Assembly (NCBI GenBank): GCA_028718635.1
Contig: JAQULK010000001.1
Span: 543,834 to 607,833 of the forward strand
Length of the DNA stretch: 64,000 nt
Origin: Minisyncoccota bacterium
Lineage (GTDB): Bacteria; Patescibacteriota; Minisyncoccia; Phycocordibacterales; UBA9973
Direction: 5' to 3'
Part shown: positions 19,001 to 29,711 of the stretch, in pieces
Layout: each line of letters starts with the position of its first letter
How positions within the stretch are numbered: position 1 is the first letter of the stretch
Translations under genes and position numbers: made by a program
Notes under the pieces: generated by a model
What the model was told of the DNA's origin: nothing
What the model saw: the letters and a program-made list of their open reading frames with translations, nothing else
Databases searched by the model: none

Positions 19001-20101
19001 TTAATTTTTGCGCTGAAATTTTGATATATTAAGCACTATGCCTATAGCCATCATATAAACCATAAGTGAAGTGCCTCCTTGGCTCATAAACACTAATGGA
19101 ACTCCTGTTAAGGGAAAAACCCCAACCACAGAAGCAATATGCATAAATGATTGCGCTGTAATTAGTATAACAATTCCATAAACTAAAAGTCCACTAAAAG
19201 CATCTGGGGAGCGATTGGCAATACGAAAACCCCGTAAAATAAAAAATAAATAAAGAATTATCGTAAAGACTGATCCGACAAAACCTAATTCTTCGCCCAA
19301 AACAGCAAAAATAGAATCCCCTTGCGGCTCAGGAAGATAACTGAATTTTTGAATGCTTTGACCGAATCCACGCCCTATAATACCGCCAGACCCTAAGGCG
19401 ATGAGAGATTGCTGGATTTGATAGGAAGATCCTTGCGCATCCTGCGATGGATTTATAAAAGTTTTTACCCGTTCCTGCAGATAAGGCGTAAAATATACAA
19501 GGGTTCCGAGTAGCAGTGTCGCCCCTAAAATCGTGCCTATAATATATTTAACAGGAACGCTTGAAATAAAAAGCATCGACACTCCGGTAACAGTAATCAA
19601 GATAAAGCTTTTTGTATCCGGCTGTTTTAATAGAACCACAGCAATGACTGCGAGCATCACTAAGAATGGCAAAATTCCAAATTTAAAATCCTTGACTCTG
19701 CTTTTCGCCCACGACAGCCAAGCGGCAAAATAAATCACAAAAGCAAATTTTAAAAATTCAACAGGTTGGAATTTTAGCAGGCCTAGGTCGATCCATCTTT
19801 CTGCCCCTCCATGACTCCACCCAAGTGCAGGAATAAAAACCGACGCAGTCAATAATATTGATCCCAGAAAAATTATTAAGGAAAATCTGCGCCAAAATTT
19901 ATAATTAATCTTAGAACAAAAGTACATGCCCAGAAAACCAATACCAAGACCTAAAACTAGTTGGCTAAAAAGCACTGAATAAAAAGTTTTTTCATTTCTT
20001 GCTAAAACTCCGAGCGATGCTGAAATAAACATAGCCACTCCCAGCGCTAATAAAATAAATGTAATTATAAGAAAAAATTTATCGGCCTTTTTTTCTTTCA
20101 T
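19001..20101 (-). CDS. ftsW: SEDS peptidoglycan polymerase FtsW
   Basis: GAERWI, FQPVEFLK, KQPD, YLPEPQGDSIF, PLTGVPLVFMSQGGTS; lies between mraY and murG. Confidence 0.95.
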   Translation of the reverse strand: MKEKKADKFFLIITFILLALGVAMFISASLGVLARNEKTFYSVLFSQLVLGLGIGFLGMYFCSKINYKFWRRFSLIIFLGSILLTASVFIPALGWSHGGAERWIDLGLLKFQPVEFLKFAFVIYFAAWLSWAKSRVKDFKFGILPFLVMLAVIAVVLLKQPDTKSFILITVTGVSMLFISSVPVKYIIGTILGATLLLGTLVYFTPYLQERVKTFINPSQDAQGSSYQIQQSLIALGSGGIIGRGFGQSIQKFSYLPEPQGDSIFAVLGEELGFVGSVFTIILYLFFILRGFRIANRSPDAFSGLLVYGIVILITAQSFMHIASVVGVFPLTGVPLVFMSQGGTSLMVYMMAIGIVLNISKFQRKN

Positions 20102-20216
20102 CCCGTACGAAATAGGACGCGTACGCTTACGTTATATCCTTTGTTTTGTTATTAATAATAGATCTTATCAATTTCATAATTTTATTTGTTTTATGCGTCC
20201 GCGATTTCGTTCGGGA
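20102..20216 (-). mobile_element. start-codon-targeted inverted-repeat element E3 (ATGAA duplicated)
   Basis: Minus strand ATGAA-TCCCGAACGAAAT...ATTTCGTACGGG-ATGAA (ftsW start). Confidence 0.75.
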
Positions 20217-20224
20217 TTCATTCT

Positions 20225-21280
20225 TTACCGACTAATAATTGCTAAAATTATGCCTATGATGGCAAACATAATTGAGAGAACCCAAAAACGCATCGTCACC
20301 TTATAGGATGGCCAGCCGATCGCCTGAAAATGATGATGAATAGGAGCAAGCCTAAACACTCTTTTGCCGTTTCTAATTTTCTTTGAAATCATTTGGATGA
20401 TAACCGAGCCAGAGGTGACCACGAGCAACATAGCAACTACAGGCAGAATCAAAACTGAGTCAGTTAAAAATGCCAATGTTGCCAAAGTAATAGTGAGCCC
20501 CATAATGCCCGTCTCTCCCATATAAAATCTAGCAGGAGGAATGTTGAACCAAAGGAAAGCCAAAATTGATCCGGTAATTACTCCGGAAAAAACAGCGAGA
20601 TCTATCTGATTATTGGCGAAGGCAATGGCGGAATATGCAGCAAAAATTGAGGCAAAAACTCCTCCTGAAAGCCCGTCGATGCCATCGATTACTCCTCCGG
20701 AAAAAGTCGCCAACGCCACTATTATAAAAAAAGGAATAATCAAAACGCCCAAATAAATTTCGCCACCGAACGGAATATGGATCGACGTCATGCCTAGTTT
20801 ATAAAAAAACCAACATCCTATAAAAAAAGATATCAAAAGTATAAAAAGAACTTTCCATTTGCGCCAAGATTTGTCATCCCGGGCAAATTTTCCAGATCCG
20901 TAAATTTGGATAAGATCATCCCAAAGCCCGACCAATGAACCCAAAAGAAGCGTGAAAAAAGGGATGAGCGCTTGGTTGCGGCTCAGAAAATTCATTTTTT
21001 CCGTATCGTTGGATGGAAATAGAACTAGAGCTAAATAAAAAAGAAGCGTGGTCAGAAGAGCGGAAGCCCAAATTATTATTCCGCCGACGCGAGGAGTTTT
21101 TGATTCTTCTTTTTCGTTGTGTATTTTATGAAAATCTGACGCGGACGTGTCCATGCTTCTGGAATATTTTTTCCACATTTTATATTTATAAAAAAAATGG
21201 GTGGCGATAGGAGTAAGCAAAAGACCTAAAAAAAATGCAAAAGCCGTAGGTATAAAAATCTTGACCAAATTTAGAAGCAT
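20225..21280 (-). CDS. mraY: phospho-MurNAc-pentapeptide transferase
   Basis: KTPRVGG, GLWDD, DGIDGL, FNIPPARFYMGETG, APIHHHF. Confidence 0.95.
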   Translation of the reverse strand: MLLNLVKIFIPTAFAFFLGLLLTPIATHFFYKYKMWKKYSRSMDTSASDFHKIHNEKEESKTPRVGGIIIWASALLTTLLFYLALVLFPSNDTEKMNFLSRNQALIPFFTLLLGSLVGLWDDLIQIYGSGKFARDDKSWRKWKVLFILLISFFIGCWFFYKLGMTSIHIPFGGEIYLGVLIIPFFIIVALATFSGGVIDGIDGLSGGVFASIFAAYSAIAFANNQIDLAVFSGVITGSILAFLWFNIPPARFYMGETGIMGLTITLATLAFLTDSVLILPVVAMLLVVTSGSVIIQMISKKIRNGKRVFRLAPIHHHFQAIGWPSYKVTMRFWVLSIMFAIIGIILAIISR

Positions 21281-21323
21281 TTAATCAGTATAACATTAAT
21301 TTTCTTTTGATTAAAATATATGG

Positions 21324-22190
21324 TTGTGTTATTGTTTCCGTGTGAACAAAATTAACTCAAAACTCGTCCTTGCTTTAATTTTATTGATTTTTATATCTCT
21401 GCCAGTGTTCACCACTTCTCTTTTGGATTTTGAAGAACAAAAAACAAACGAAGAAAATTACCAGAAACTTTTACAAGAAGAATCAACCCGCAAAGAAATA
21501 GCGAAGAAAATTCAAGAAGAGGCGGAAGAAAAAAAATATTTAACGGGAAAATTCGACCCTAGCGTTAGAAAAGATTTTGTTTTGATACCTGCGATGTATA
21601 CTACCAATCAAAGCAAAATGTATTTGAGAAAAGAAACTTTTGACGCCTTTTTAAAAATGCGAGATGCCGCAGATAAGGGTGGAATTGGCCTTAGAATAGC
21701 TTCAGCTACTAGAAACTTTGTTTATCAAAAAAATATTTGGAATAATAAATGGACAGGGGTTATGGAAGTAAATGGAGAAAATCTTGCAAAAACTATTCCG
21801 GACAGCTTGGAAAGGTTTATGAAAATATTGGAATATAGCGCCGTTCCAAGCACATCCAGGCATCACTGGGGTACAGACATAGACATAAACGATGCTACCC
21901 CAGAATATTTTGAAAGCAAATTGGGTAAAAAAACTTATGAATGGCTAGTAAAAAATGCTCCATTGTTTGGTTTTTGCCAACCTTATAATCTAAAGGATGA
22001 AAATAGGCCGACGGGCTACAATGAAGAAAAATGGCATTGGTCATATTTGCCTCTCTCAAAAACTTTTACAGAAGAATACAAAGATTTAATAAAAGACGAT
22101 GATATAAAAGGATTTTTGGGGGATGAAAATGTCGCCGGACAGGATTTAATAAATAATTATGTGCTTGGTATCAATCCTAATTGTCTTTAA
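21324..22190 (+). CDS. D-Ala-D-Ala carboxypeptidase (VanY/M15B family)
   Basis: TM anchor, SATR, SRHHWGTDID, EKWHWSY. Confidence 0.9.
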   Translation: MCYCFRVNKINSKLVLALILLIFISLPVFTTSLLDFEEQKTNEENYQKLLQEESTRKEIAKKIQEEAEEKKYLTGKFDPSVRKDFVLIPAMYTTNQSKMYLRKETFDAFLKMRDAADKGGIGLRIASATRNFVYQKNIWNNKWTGVMEVNGENLAKTIPDSLERFMKILEYSAVPSTSRHHWGTDIDINDATPEYFESKLGKKTYEWLVKNAPLFGFCQPYNLKDENRPTGYNEEKWHWSYLPLSKTFTEEYKDLIKDDDIKGFLGDENVAGQDLINNYVLGINPNCL

Positions 22191-22216
22191 TTTATTTTGA
22201 ATTACAAAAGAAAAGT

Positions 22217-22849
22217 TTATGTTTGTAATTCATATTTTTTAAAATATTTTTTATAAAGACCGTACTTCGATAATATTTCCCGCAAAGTCAAAGTAGTTGC
22301 AATGGAGATAAAAATCGCAACACTAATATTTATAAACATTAAAAAATAAAAAGTGACAGCACCTGCAAAAGCCGCCATAATATAACCGGATTTTTTATGA
22401 AAAGCGAATGGCGCATCACCCATCACTGCATCGCGAAGCACTCCGCCTCCAAAACCGGTAAACATCCCCATAAAAATACACACTAACGGAACAATAATTC
22501 CATGGCCATTGTCATTAAATAAATAATTATAAGTTACGGAAGTTCCAATAATCGAAAAAGCGGCCAAGCCGATTGAATCCAAAAAACGGAAAAAGGTAAA
22601 CCATTTCTTAAAAACATGCGGTACCAGATAGGTCGCGATGCTCCCAATAACCGCAACCAAAAGATAATTCGGATCTTTGAGATAAAAAACTGGCGTGCGC
22701 CCGATAACTAAATCCCGAAAAGTTCCCCCGCCTACCGCAGTAATAACTCCTAAAAGCACTACTCCAAAAACATTCAACTCGCGCCCCCGAGCCTTAAAAG
22801 CCCCGGCTACAGCGAATGCTAATGTTCCAATTAGATCAAGGATATACAT
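22217..22849 (-). CDS. trimeric intracellular cation channel (UPF0126) membrane protein
   Basis: LDLIGTLAFAVAGA, TAVGGGTFRD, LDSIGLAAF, GFGGGVLRD. Confidence 0.92.
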   Translation of the reverse strand: MYILDLIGTLAFAVAGAFKARGRELNVFGVVLLGVITAVGGGTFRDLVIGRTPVFYLKDPNYLLVAVIGSIATYLVPHVFKKWFTFFRFLDSIGLAAFSIIGTSVTYNYLFNDNGHGIIVPLVCIFMGMFTGFGGGVLRDAVMGDAPFAFHKKSGYIMAAFAGAVTFYFLMFINISVAIFISIATTLTLREILSKYGLYKKYFKKYELQT

Positions 22850-22900
22850 AAATATATTCTACCATAATCACCACCCCCTGCTGACATTAAAAACAGAACT

Positions 22901-22936
22901 TACTACAAAACCAGACGACCGCATCATTTCATAGTA
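22901..22936. repeat. hairpin X, copy 1 (3' of paralog 2)
   Basis: TACTACAAAACCAGACGACCGCATCATTTCATAGTA; matches 51811-51844. Confidence 0.75.
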
Positions 22937-22941
22937 TTTAA

Positions 22942-24705
22942 TTAATAAACTTCCTGTTGATAGCACTTCTCACAATAAATTATTTCTGGTCTATCTGGTG
23001 CATAACTCGTCTCAAATTCTACTTCGCATTTTCCTGCTCCATGAAAATGATTTTGTTTATCACACATGCAGACTCTGTGCCAAAGTTTCATTGGATTTTT
23101 TTGTTTCATTCTTTGATAGTGCCTACAGTTCGGACACAACCTAGGTAAAGGCAAATTCATTCTTTTGTAAAATTGCAAATCTTCAGGAAGAATTCTGAAG
23201 GCGGTCATACAATCCTCCTCGCACCCTCCTTCATGCTCACAGCCTATCACTTCTTCTAAAATTGAGTCCTCGACTTGTAGAATACTGTCCGGAAGTTCGT
23301 TCGATTTTTTTGTAATTTTATAATCTCTTTTTTCACGATCTTTCCAATTATAACCACTTGCTAGAGCTTTTTCTTTATTCAGAGGAAAATATTCTTGCGC
23401 AGTAGTTTCATTATAGCCATATGGTGAAAATTCTACAGGAAAAAATTCACCGTATTTATATACTCTTTCTTTTTTATCCATATAAGGCATATCATTCATA
23501 TGTTTGATTATTTTAGGAACCAGTTCTTCGTATTCTTCTTTTGTGTATTGCTTGTTTAAGATGCAATATTCCTTCTTTTTTAAACCAACGCAAGCAAAAT
23601 TATTTTCTCCTCCGACAACCCTGATGCTATAATCTATATTTCTCGAACTACTCCAAACTCCCCAACTATGCTTAATATTATATGTACCATTTCCACACTG
23701 AAGACATTCATATACAAGCTCAATATTATCTCCATAATGAGTAAAATCATAAGTAGTTCGTACTGGTCCATTTGAAACAAAAGAGCAAAATTTTGAATCT
23801 TCTGTATTTATGACGCAAAAACATTCTTTGGCATTTTTGGAATGTACTATATAGTCACCAGTCACATTTGAATTTTGAACACCAAAATAATATTTTTTAG
23901 GAAATTTTTTCCAAAACTTCTTAGCTTTTTCTTTCAATGCACTTATATTTTTATAAGAATCCAATCCGAAAGATTTTAATTTTTCTTCGTATTCTTCTTT
24001 GGTGTATGGGGCATTCCAAATGTGATAACTTTTTTTATGGAGATTTACACAACCAAAACAATTATTGCATCCGCGAAGACTATAAGAAAAATATACTTCC
24101 ACGCAATCTTCACAATTTTGAGAGAAAAAAGTCCGATAACAATTTACACTAGTTACTGTTTCATAACTAAGTTCTACTCTATCTACCATAGTAATGTCCT
24201 GCGAATCTTTTGAGTGGAAAACTCCGCTTCCGTAAGATATGTCTTCGTCAAAGGTTCCATCATGAAGCAAGTAACAATTTTTCATATCATTTGCCATATT
24301 GCAATACTGAGAATTAATCATAGTCATACTTATTGCGAAAAGATTACCAATGGGAACTTTAAGAAAAAGTTCAAAAATTTGATCAAAAAATGGTCTGGAA
24401 AAATCAATATCCATTGCATAATCAGAAGCATTCCAATCATCTCCCCACCAGCATTTATCGCAATATATAGTATCTTTTTTATAATCTTTGCTATAAATAG
24501 AAATTATTTTCTTTTTACACAAACCGCATTCTCTATAATGAAGACTCTTTTCATTGCGCCATGCTAAACGTCTTTGTAATCTACACTCTGGACAAAAAGT
24601 CGGCACCGGCACTTTTATTTTTTCATAAAATCCAAAATCATTCGGTTCTATTGCAAAGTCTTTTTTGCAATTTTGGCATATTTTGTTTTCTTTTTTATGT
24701 TCCAT
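22942..24705 (-). CDS. Cys-rich family paralog 2
   Basis: Same N-terminal, central and C-terminal motifs as paralog 1. Confidence 0.9.
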   Translation of the reverse strand: MEHKKENKICQNCKKDFAIEPNDFGFYEKIKVPVPTFCPECRLQRRLAWRNEKSLHYRECGLCKKKIISIYSKDYKKDTIYCDKCWWGDDWNASDYAMDIDFSRPFFDQIFELFLKVPIGNLFAISMTMINSQYCNMANDMKNCYLLHDGTFDEDISYGSGVFHSKDSQDITMVDRVELSYETVTSVNCYRTFFSQNCEDCVEVYFSYSLRGCNNCFGCVNLHKKSYHIWNAPYTKEEYEEKLKSFGLDSYKNISALKEKAKKFWKKFPKKYYFGVQNSNVTGDYIVHSKNAKECFCVINTEDSKFCSFVSNGPVRTTYDFTHYGDNIELVYECLQCGNGTYNIKHSWGVWSSSRNIDYSIRVVGGENNFACVGLKKKEYCILNKQYTKEEYEELVPKIIKHMNDMPYMDKKERVYKYGEFFPVEFSPYGYNETTAQEYFPLNKEKALASGYNWKDREKRDYKITKKSNELPDSILQVEDSILEEVIGCEHEGGCEEDCMTAFRILPEDLQFYKRMNLPLPRLCPNCRHYQRMKQKNPMKLWHRVCMCDKQNHFHGAGKCEVEFETSYAPDRPEIIYCEKCYQQEVY

Positions 24706-24714
24706 GGTCTAATC

Positions 24715-24734
24715 TGCTTTAGTTAAGTAAAGTA
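24715..24734. promoter_or_regulatory. HisR-box-like palindrome between paralogs 3 and 2
   Basis: Minus strand TACTTTACTTAACTAAAGCA, 18/20 identical to 31241-31260. Confidence 0.6.
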
Positions 24735-24735
24735 A

Positions 24736-26439
24736 TTAATACACTTCCTGTTGATAACATTTCTCGCAGTAAATAATCGGAGCGTAAGATTCATCATATA
24801 CTGTTTCAGCTTCTATATTGCATTTTGAACAAAAACGTTTTATTAATCTAAAAGGCGAACGTTTTGCTAAACGTCGCATATGCCTGATATAAAAACTCGC
24901 GTGTGGAAGAGGTAAATCCATTTTTCTATAAAATGAAAGTTCGTTCTCTGTTATTTTATATGCCCCTACAGATTTCGAATTATTTTTTTCTTCGCATTCT
25001 ATAATTTCCTTTAAAATTGAATCATCGGTTTCGCTAATGGTTTCAGGCAACTCTGAACTTTTAATCGTTGTTTTATAATTTTTTTCTTCTCTGTCCTTCC
25101 ATTTATACCCTTTTGCTAAAACCTCTTCTTTTGACAAAGGAAAGAAGTCTGCCGCTGCTGTCTCATTAAAAGCAAAATCAGAAAAAGAGTTTGGAAAATG
25201 TTCGCCAAATCGATACTCTAAACCTTGATCAAAATAAGGCATTTCTTTCATTTGTTTTATGATTTTTTCTTTCAGCACTTCATATTCCTCTTTATTATAC
25301 TTTTTATTCAAAATTGAGTACTCTCCTTTTTTTAAACCGACACATCCAAAACAATTCCGTGCCCCTGGACAGGAATTGCAATAATATAAATCCGAGGCTC
25401 CCATCCAACACTGAGTGCAAAAGTAAATTCTAGCGATATCTAGACCGCAGTTTTCTGATTCATATACTAGTTCAGCCTTATTCCCCCATTCAAAAAAATC
25501 CATGCAGTCTTCCAAGCCGAAAACCGAAAAAAGATACTTTCCATCTTTTACATTTACACAATCAAAAGATTGATGTACGTTTTTGCAGTTCGTAAACCAA
25601 TTGCCAGAAACATCACTAGATTTTATAGAAGCAACCGCTTTTTGAGGGAATTTTTTTCTAAATTCTTCAAATTTTCTATCCATTTCCTTAATGCCAGAAT
25701 AAGTGTTCAATTTAAGACCCTTTATCTTTTTAAAATATTCTTCTTTAGAATAAGCTTCGTTAAAAATATAAAATTCCTTATTATTCAAATTAACGCAACC
25801 TACACAATCAGAACAATTTCGGCAAGCATACAAAAACGAAGAATCCCTGCAATCATGGCTCTCCATACTAAACCTAAGGTTATAACAATTTCTGCAATTT
25901 ATACATTCATAACAAAGCTCGCTTTTGTCAGTCCAAGCGCAGTCGGAACAATCTCTTATGTTCTCGGCAATATAGCTATAAAAAGAATTTTCTGCATTGG
26001 TGGCTCTGAAAACCATATAGGAATTCCTTGGACTGGTAACACGATGAGTGTAAGGGCTATTGATCGCAAAACCCTGCCTGACAAGACTCATTCTCGGAAC
26101 CTTGTTTTGTAATTCCAAAAATTGTTCAAAGAATGGACGATTTTCGTCGTAATCCATTCCATATGAAGACGGATCCCATTTATCTGAATACCAAATATCT
26201 ATATCATAAACTGGAAATATCGTTTTCTCGGGATACATACTAAAAATTTCTTTGTTCGTAAAATCACATTTGCGCTTATAAAGAATAAGCTCATTGGTGC
26301 TCATTAGGCGTCTCATTAGCCTACACTGCGGGCAAAAAGTCGGTGGTGGTACTTTTATCTTTTCATAAAACCCAAAATCATCCGGCTCAATTACGAAATC
26401 TTTTTTACAATTTTGGCAAGTTTTAATTTCTTCTTTCAT
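24736..26439 (-). CDS. Cys-rich family paralog 3
   Basis: Family motifs; ends in a clean CxxC-x17-CxxC. Confidence 0.9.
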   Translation of the reverse strand: MKEEIKTCQNCKKDFVIEPDDFGFYEKIKVPPPTFCPQCRLMRRLMSTNELILYKRKCDFTNKEIFSMYPEKTIFPVYDIDIWYSDKWDPSSYGMDYDENRPFFEQFLELQNKVPRMSLVRQGFAINSPYTHRVTSPRNSYMVFRATNAENSFYSYIAENIRDCSDCAWTDKSELCYECINCRNCYNLRFSMESHDCRDSSFLYACRNCSDCVGCVNLNNKEFYIFNEAYSKEEYFKKIKGLKLNTYSGIKEMDRKFEEFRKKFPQKAVASIKSSDVSGNWFTNCKNVHQSFDCVNVKDGKYLFSVFGLEDCMDFFEWGNKAELVYESENCGLDIARIYFCTQCWMGASDLYYCNSCPGARNCFGCVGLKKGEYSILNKKYNKEEYEVLKEKIIKQMKEMPYFDQGLEYRFGEHFPNSFSDFAFNETAAADFFPLSKEEVLAKGYKWKDREEKNYKTTIKSSELPETISETDDSILKEIIECEEKNNSKSVGAYKITENELSFYRKMDLPLPHASFYIRHMRRLAKRSPFRLIKRFCSKCNIEAETVYDESYAPIIYCEKCYQQEVY

Positions 26440-26448
26440 TTTTTTTAT

Positions 26449-26484
26449 ATTATCACTTTATAACGGCCGTTAAATTTTGATAAT
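26449..26484. repeat. hairpin Y, copy 1 (3' of paralog 4)
   Basis: ATTATCACTTTATAACGGCCGTTAAATTTTGATAAT; matches 47319-47353. Confidence 0.75.
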
Positions 26485-26486
26485 GC

Positions 26487-28238
26487 TTAATACACTTCCT
26501 GCTGATAACATTTCTCGCAGTAAATTATTTCTGGCCTCTCTGGTGCATAGCTCGTCTCAAATTCGACATCGCACTTCTCTGTCCCATGAAAATGATTTTG
26601 TTTATCACACATGCAGACTCTGTGCCAAAGTCTCATGGGATTTCTGTATTTAAGCCTGCGTGCGTGTCTACAATTCAGACAAAGGTTCGGAAGCGGTAAA
26701 TTCATGCGTCGATAAAATTGCAACTCGGCTTGAATGATCTTAAATGCGCCAGTGCATTGATCATTGCAGTTGCCGTCATGTTCGCATTTTATGACTTCAT
26801 GTATAATATCATCCTGCACCTCTGAAATAGTATCGGGTAAATCGCTCACATTTTTTGTGATTTTATAATTTCTCTTTTCGGTTTCTCTCCACGAATATCC
26901 CAAAGCCAATGCTTGTTCTTTGGTCAATGGAAAGAATTCTTGAGCGGTGGTTTCATTGTAGGCAAAAGGACAAGTTTCTATCGGGAAAAATTCTCCATAT
27001 TTATATATCAGGCCTTGCTTGTCTGTGTAAGACATATCATTCATATGGTTTATAATTTGTTCTCTTAATTTAAAATATTCTTCTTTTTCATATTGCTTAT
27101 TGAAAATACAATATTGCTTTTTTCTTAAACCGACACAGCCGAAAATATCCTTTGAATTGACACAAAACATAGAATACTCCACATTTTGGCAATTTGTGAT
27201 TATCCAATGAGAGAATTTTATATTCGCGTTCTGGTCACCGCTTTGCAATGTCTCATACAATAGCGAGGATCCTTGGCCAAACGTGCTGTGGTCGTAAGCA
27301 TCGGTTAATTTTCCTGTTATAAAACTGCAAAATTTACTGTCTTCGATCTCAAAACCAATGAAGCAATTTTTTGCATTTTTTGTGTCGTTTAAATAATCGC
27401 CAGACGATCCGATATTTCGCCATCCATGATAAAATTTTTGAGGATAATTTTGCGACAAAGATTCGACTTTCTCTTGTGCTGTTTTTATCTTTTTTAATGA
27501 ACTTGGGTATAGTTCTGCTAATTTCTTATTATAATCTTCCTTGGAATACTGTTCATTAAAAATGCAATAACTTTTTTTATTTAAATTTATACAGCCGAAA
27601 CAATCATTGCACCCTGAGCAATTTTTAGAAAACATAACATTATGGCAACTATCGCAATCAATACTGAAAAATGTATTGTAGCATCGATTGCAATTCATAG
27701 TTTCATAGCAAAGCTCGCAATGGTTCGCCATTAAATTATCCACGCTGTCCTTGCTATGATTCACGAAACTACCATAAATCAAATTTTCTCCATAATCAGA
27801 ATAAGTAACCATGTATGAATTTTTTTGCCAAGCAGACATGTTGACGTATTCAGTATTAATCCAAGTCGAATACAATCCATATAAATTCATTATGGGAACT
27901 CTGTGATACAGATCATTTATTTGCGAAATTACATTCTGTTTTGGATTAAAATCAACTCCATAATCTATCGCGTCCCAGTCATCTCCCCACCAGCACGAAG
28001 TACAATAAACATGAATTCCAGAATCTTCTGCAAAGATAGCAATCGTCTTTTTATCGCATTTTTCACATATTCGATGATGGAAAGTTCTTTCGTTTCTTCG
28101 AGCCAGCCGACGTATCAAACGGCACTCAGGGCAAAAAGTCGGCAGTGGCACGTTCATTTTTTCATAAAATCCAAAATCATCTGGCTCAATCGTAAAGTCT
28201 TTTTTACAGTTTTGGCAAGTTTTAATTTCTTGATTCAT
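26487..28238 (-). CDS. Cys-rich family paralog 4
   Basis: Family motifs. Confidence 0.9.
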   Translation of the reverse strand: MNQEIKTCQNCKKDFTIEPDDFGFYEKMNVPLPTFCPECRLIRRLARRNERTFHHRICEKCDKKTIAIFAEDSGIHVYCTSCWWGDDWDAIDYGVDFNPKQNVISQINDLYHRVPIMNLYGLYSTWINTEYVNMSAWQKNSYMVTYSDYGENLIYGSFVNHSKDSVDNLMANHCELCYETMNCNRCYNTFFSIDCDSCHNVMFSKNCSGCNDCFGCINLNKKSYCIFNEQYSKEDYNKKLAELYPSSLKKIKTAQEKVESLSQNYPQKFYHGWRNIGSSGDYLNDTKNAKNCFIGFEIEDSKFCSFITGKLTDAYDHSTFGQGSSLLYETLQSGDQNANIKFSHWIITNCQNVEYSMFCVNSKDIFGCVGLRKKQYCIFNKQYEKEEYFKLREQIINHMNDMSYTDKQGLIYKYGEFFPIETCPFAYNETTAQEFFPLTKEQALALGYSWRETEKRNYKITKNVSDLPDTISEVQDDIIHEVIKCEHDGNCNDQCTGAFKIIQAELQFYRRMNLPLPNLCLNCRHARRLKYRNPMRLWHRVCMCDKQNHFHGTEKCDVEFETSYAPERPEIIYCEKCYQQEVY

Positions 28239-28261
28239 ATTTTTTCTCCCGCCTGCATCAG

Positions 28262-28813
28262 CTATGCTTCAGGCATTGCGGGCAGGTCTAAAGATTTTGC
28301 CGCAACACTGATGGAATTACTAACTTCATTATAATCTGGTAATTCTTCTACGGATTTTACTCCCATAAAAGATAATAATTCAAAGCTAGGTTTGTAAATA
28401 TATTTTCTACTGTCTTTTGCATCCGTCGTTTTATCCACCAATCCGCGAACAGACAAGGCTCTTAAAGTAAAACTAGAATTTACGCCTCTAATATAATCGA
28501 TCTCTGCCCTACTCACGCCATTTTTATAAAGAATAATAGAGAGAGTTTCCAGGCTAGCTTTGGAAAGTTCTTTATTGAGTTCCTCTTTTTGCAAATCTTC
28601 AATAATCCCGCTCAATTCTGGCGCAGTGCCGAGCATTATTTCATTTTCATTTTCGATCAGCGCTATTCCTCTTTCTTTCAAATTTTCTTTCAATTTTCCT
28701 ACAGCTTCATTTATTTCTAACTGTTCCACTTTTAAAATTTCAGCAAGTTTCTTGCGAGACATTGGTTCTTCTTTCCAAAATAATATCGCTTCAATTTTTT
28801 GTTCTATGTTCAT
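28262..28813 (-). CDS. scpB: SMC-Scp complex subunit ScpB
   Basis: IEAILF, LSKASLETLSII, EIDYIRGVNS, GVKSVEELP. Confidence 0.95.
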   Translation of the reverse strand: MNIEQKIEAILFWKEEPMSRKKLAEILKVEQLEINEAVGKLKENLKERGIALIENENEIMLGTAPELSGIIEDLQKEELNKELSKASLETLSIILYKNGVSRAEIDYIRGVNSSFTLRALSVRGLVDKTTDAKDSRKYIYKPSFELLSFMGVKSVEELPDYNEVSNSISVAAKSLDLPAMPEA

Positions 28814-28821
28814 AATAAATA

Positions 28822-29592
28822 TTAAGATGCAGTTTCAGAAATTTCTTGCATAATTTTTTCTTGCTTAGTCATTATAATATCTCCTCCTTCAGTTTCTTGG
28901 ATTGCATCAAGTATTCCGTTTCTGATAAGCTCCAGCATAGCCAAAAAACCAACAATCACAACTATCTTTTCTTCTCTTGATGCCTGCTTTCCTCCTCCGC
29001 TAAAATCCTTAAAATTCATCTTAAGAGAACTTTTAATTCTTTCTGTCAATTTATCTATCATTTCCTCGAGGCTTATGACCTTTTGCACTTCTACTTTCGG
29101 CAGAAATACTTTTTGAGGCATAGCGCCTACCGCATTCCGGGCGAAAATCATCATGGAGTCCTTAGTAATTCTATCATCCGGTAAAAATACTAAAACATTA
29201 TTCTTCCTTTCAAGCGGAGCAAAAATTATTTTTTGACCAAAATTATTTTTTATATTTCCTCCTAGCTTGGTGAAAAGTTCGTAAAGGCGCAGCCTTTCTT
29301 CTAAATTTTTAATATCTCCTTCTTCTTCGTTTGTCAGATCTAGGTTTGGCAATAAGGATTTAGATTTGATTAAAAGCAAAGAAGCCGCTACTGAGACAAA
29401 ACTCGAAATTTCAGAATAATGCAAACCTCCCAATTTATTCATGAAATTCAAGAAATCTTCAGTCACCGCGGAAAGGGATACATCATTAATATGAAGCTTT
29501 CGCTTTTCGATCAAGCTCAAAAGCAAGCCAAACGGCCCTTCAAAGCTATTAGTTTTTATTTGAAAAGCAGAATTATCTGTCTGTGTTTCCAT
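28822..29592 (-). CDS. scpA: segregation and condensation protein A
   Basis: FEGPFGLLLSLI, LLLIKSKSLLP, FLAMLEL. Confidence 0.95.
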   Translation of the reverse strand: METQTDNSAFQIKTNSFEGPFGLLLSLIEKRKLHINDVSLSAVTEDFLNFMNKLGGLHYSEISSFVSVAASLLLIKSKSLLPNLDLTNEEEGDIKNLEERLRLYELFTKLGGNIKNNFGQKIIFAPLERKNNVLVFLPDDRITKDSMMIFARNAVGAMPQKVFLPKVEVQKVISLEEMIDKLTERIKSSLKMNFKDFSGGGKQASREEKIVVIVGFLAMLELIRNGILDAIQETEGGDIIMTKQEKIMQEISETAS

Positions 29593-29711
29593 CACGTTAG
29601 AAGCAGATCGCGATCAACTCACGTTTCTGATATTTAAAGTTATTAATTTTTTTATTATTTATTTTCATATTAATATTTATTTTTAAATTGCGATCGCGGC
29701 TTCTAACGGGA
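29593..29711 (-). mobile_element. start-codon-targeted inverted-repeat element E4 (ATGGA duplicated)
   Basis: Minus strand ATGGA-TCCCGTTAGAAGC...GCTTCTAACGTG-ATGGA (scpA start); supplies the pepA stop codon. Confidence 0.75.

Noticed and set aside
22901-28238. Classical integron cassette array
   Set aside because: No integrase in the window, and the tails lack RYYYAAC/GTTRRRY ends; only the positional analogy is kept.
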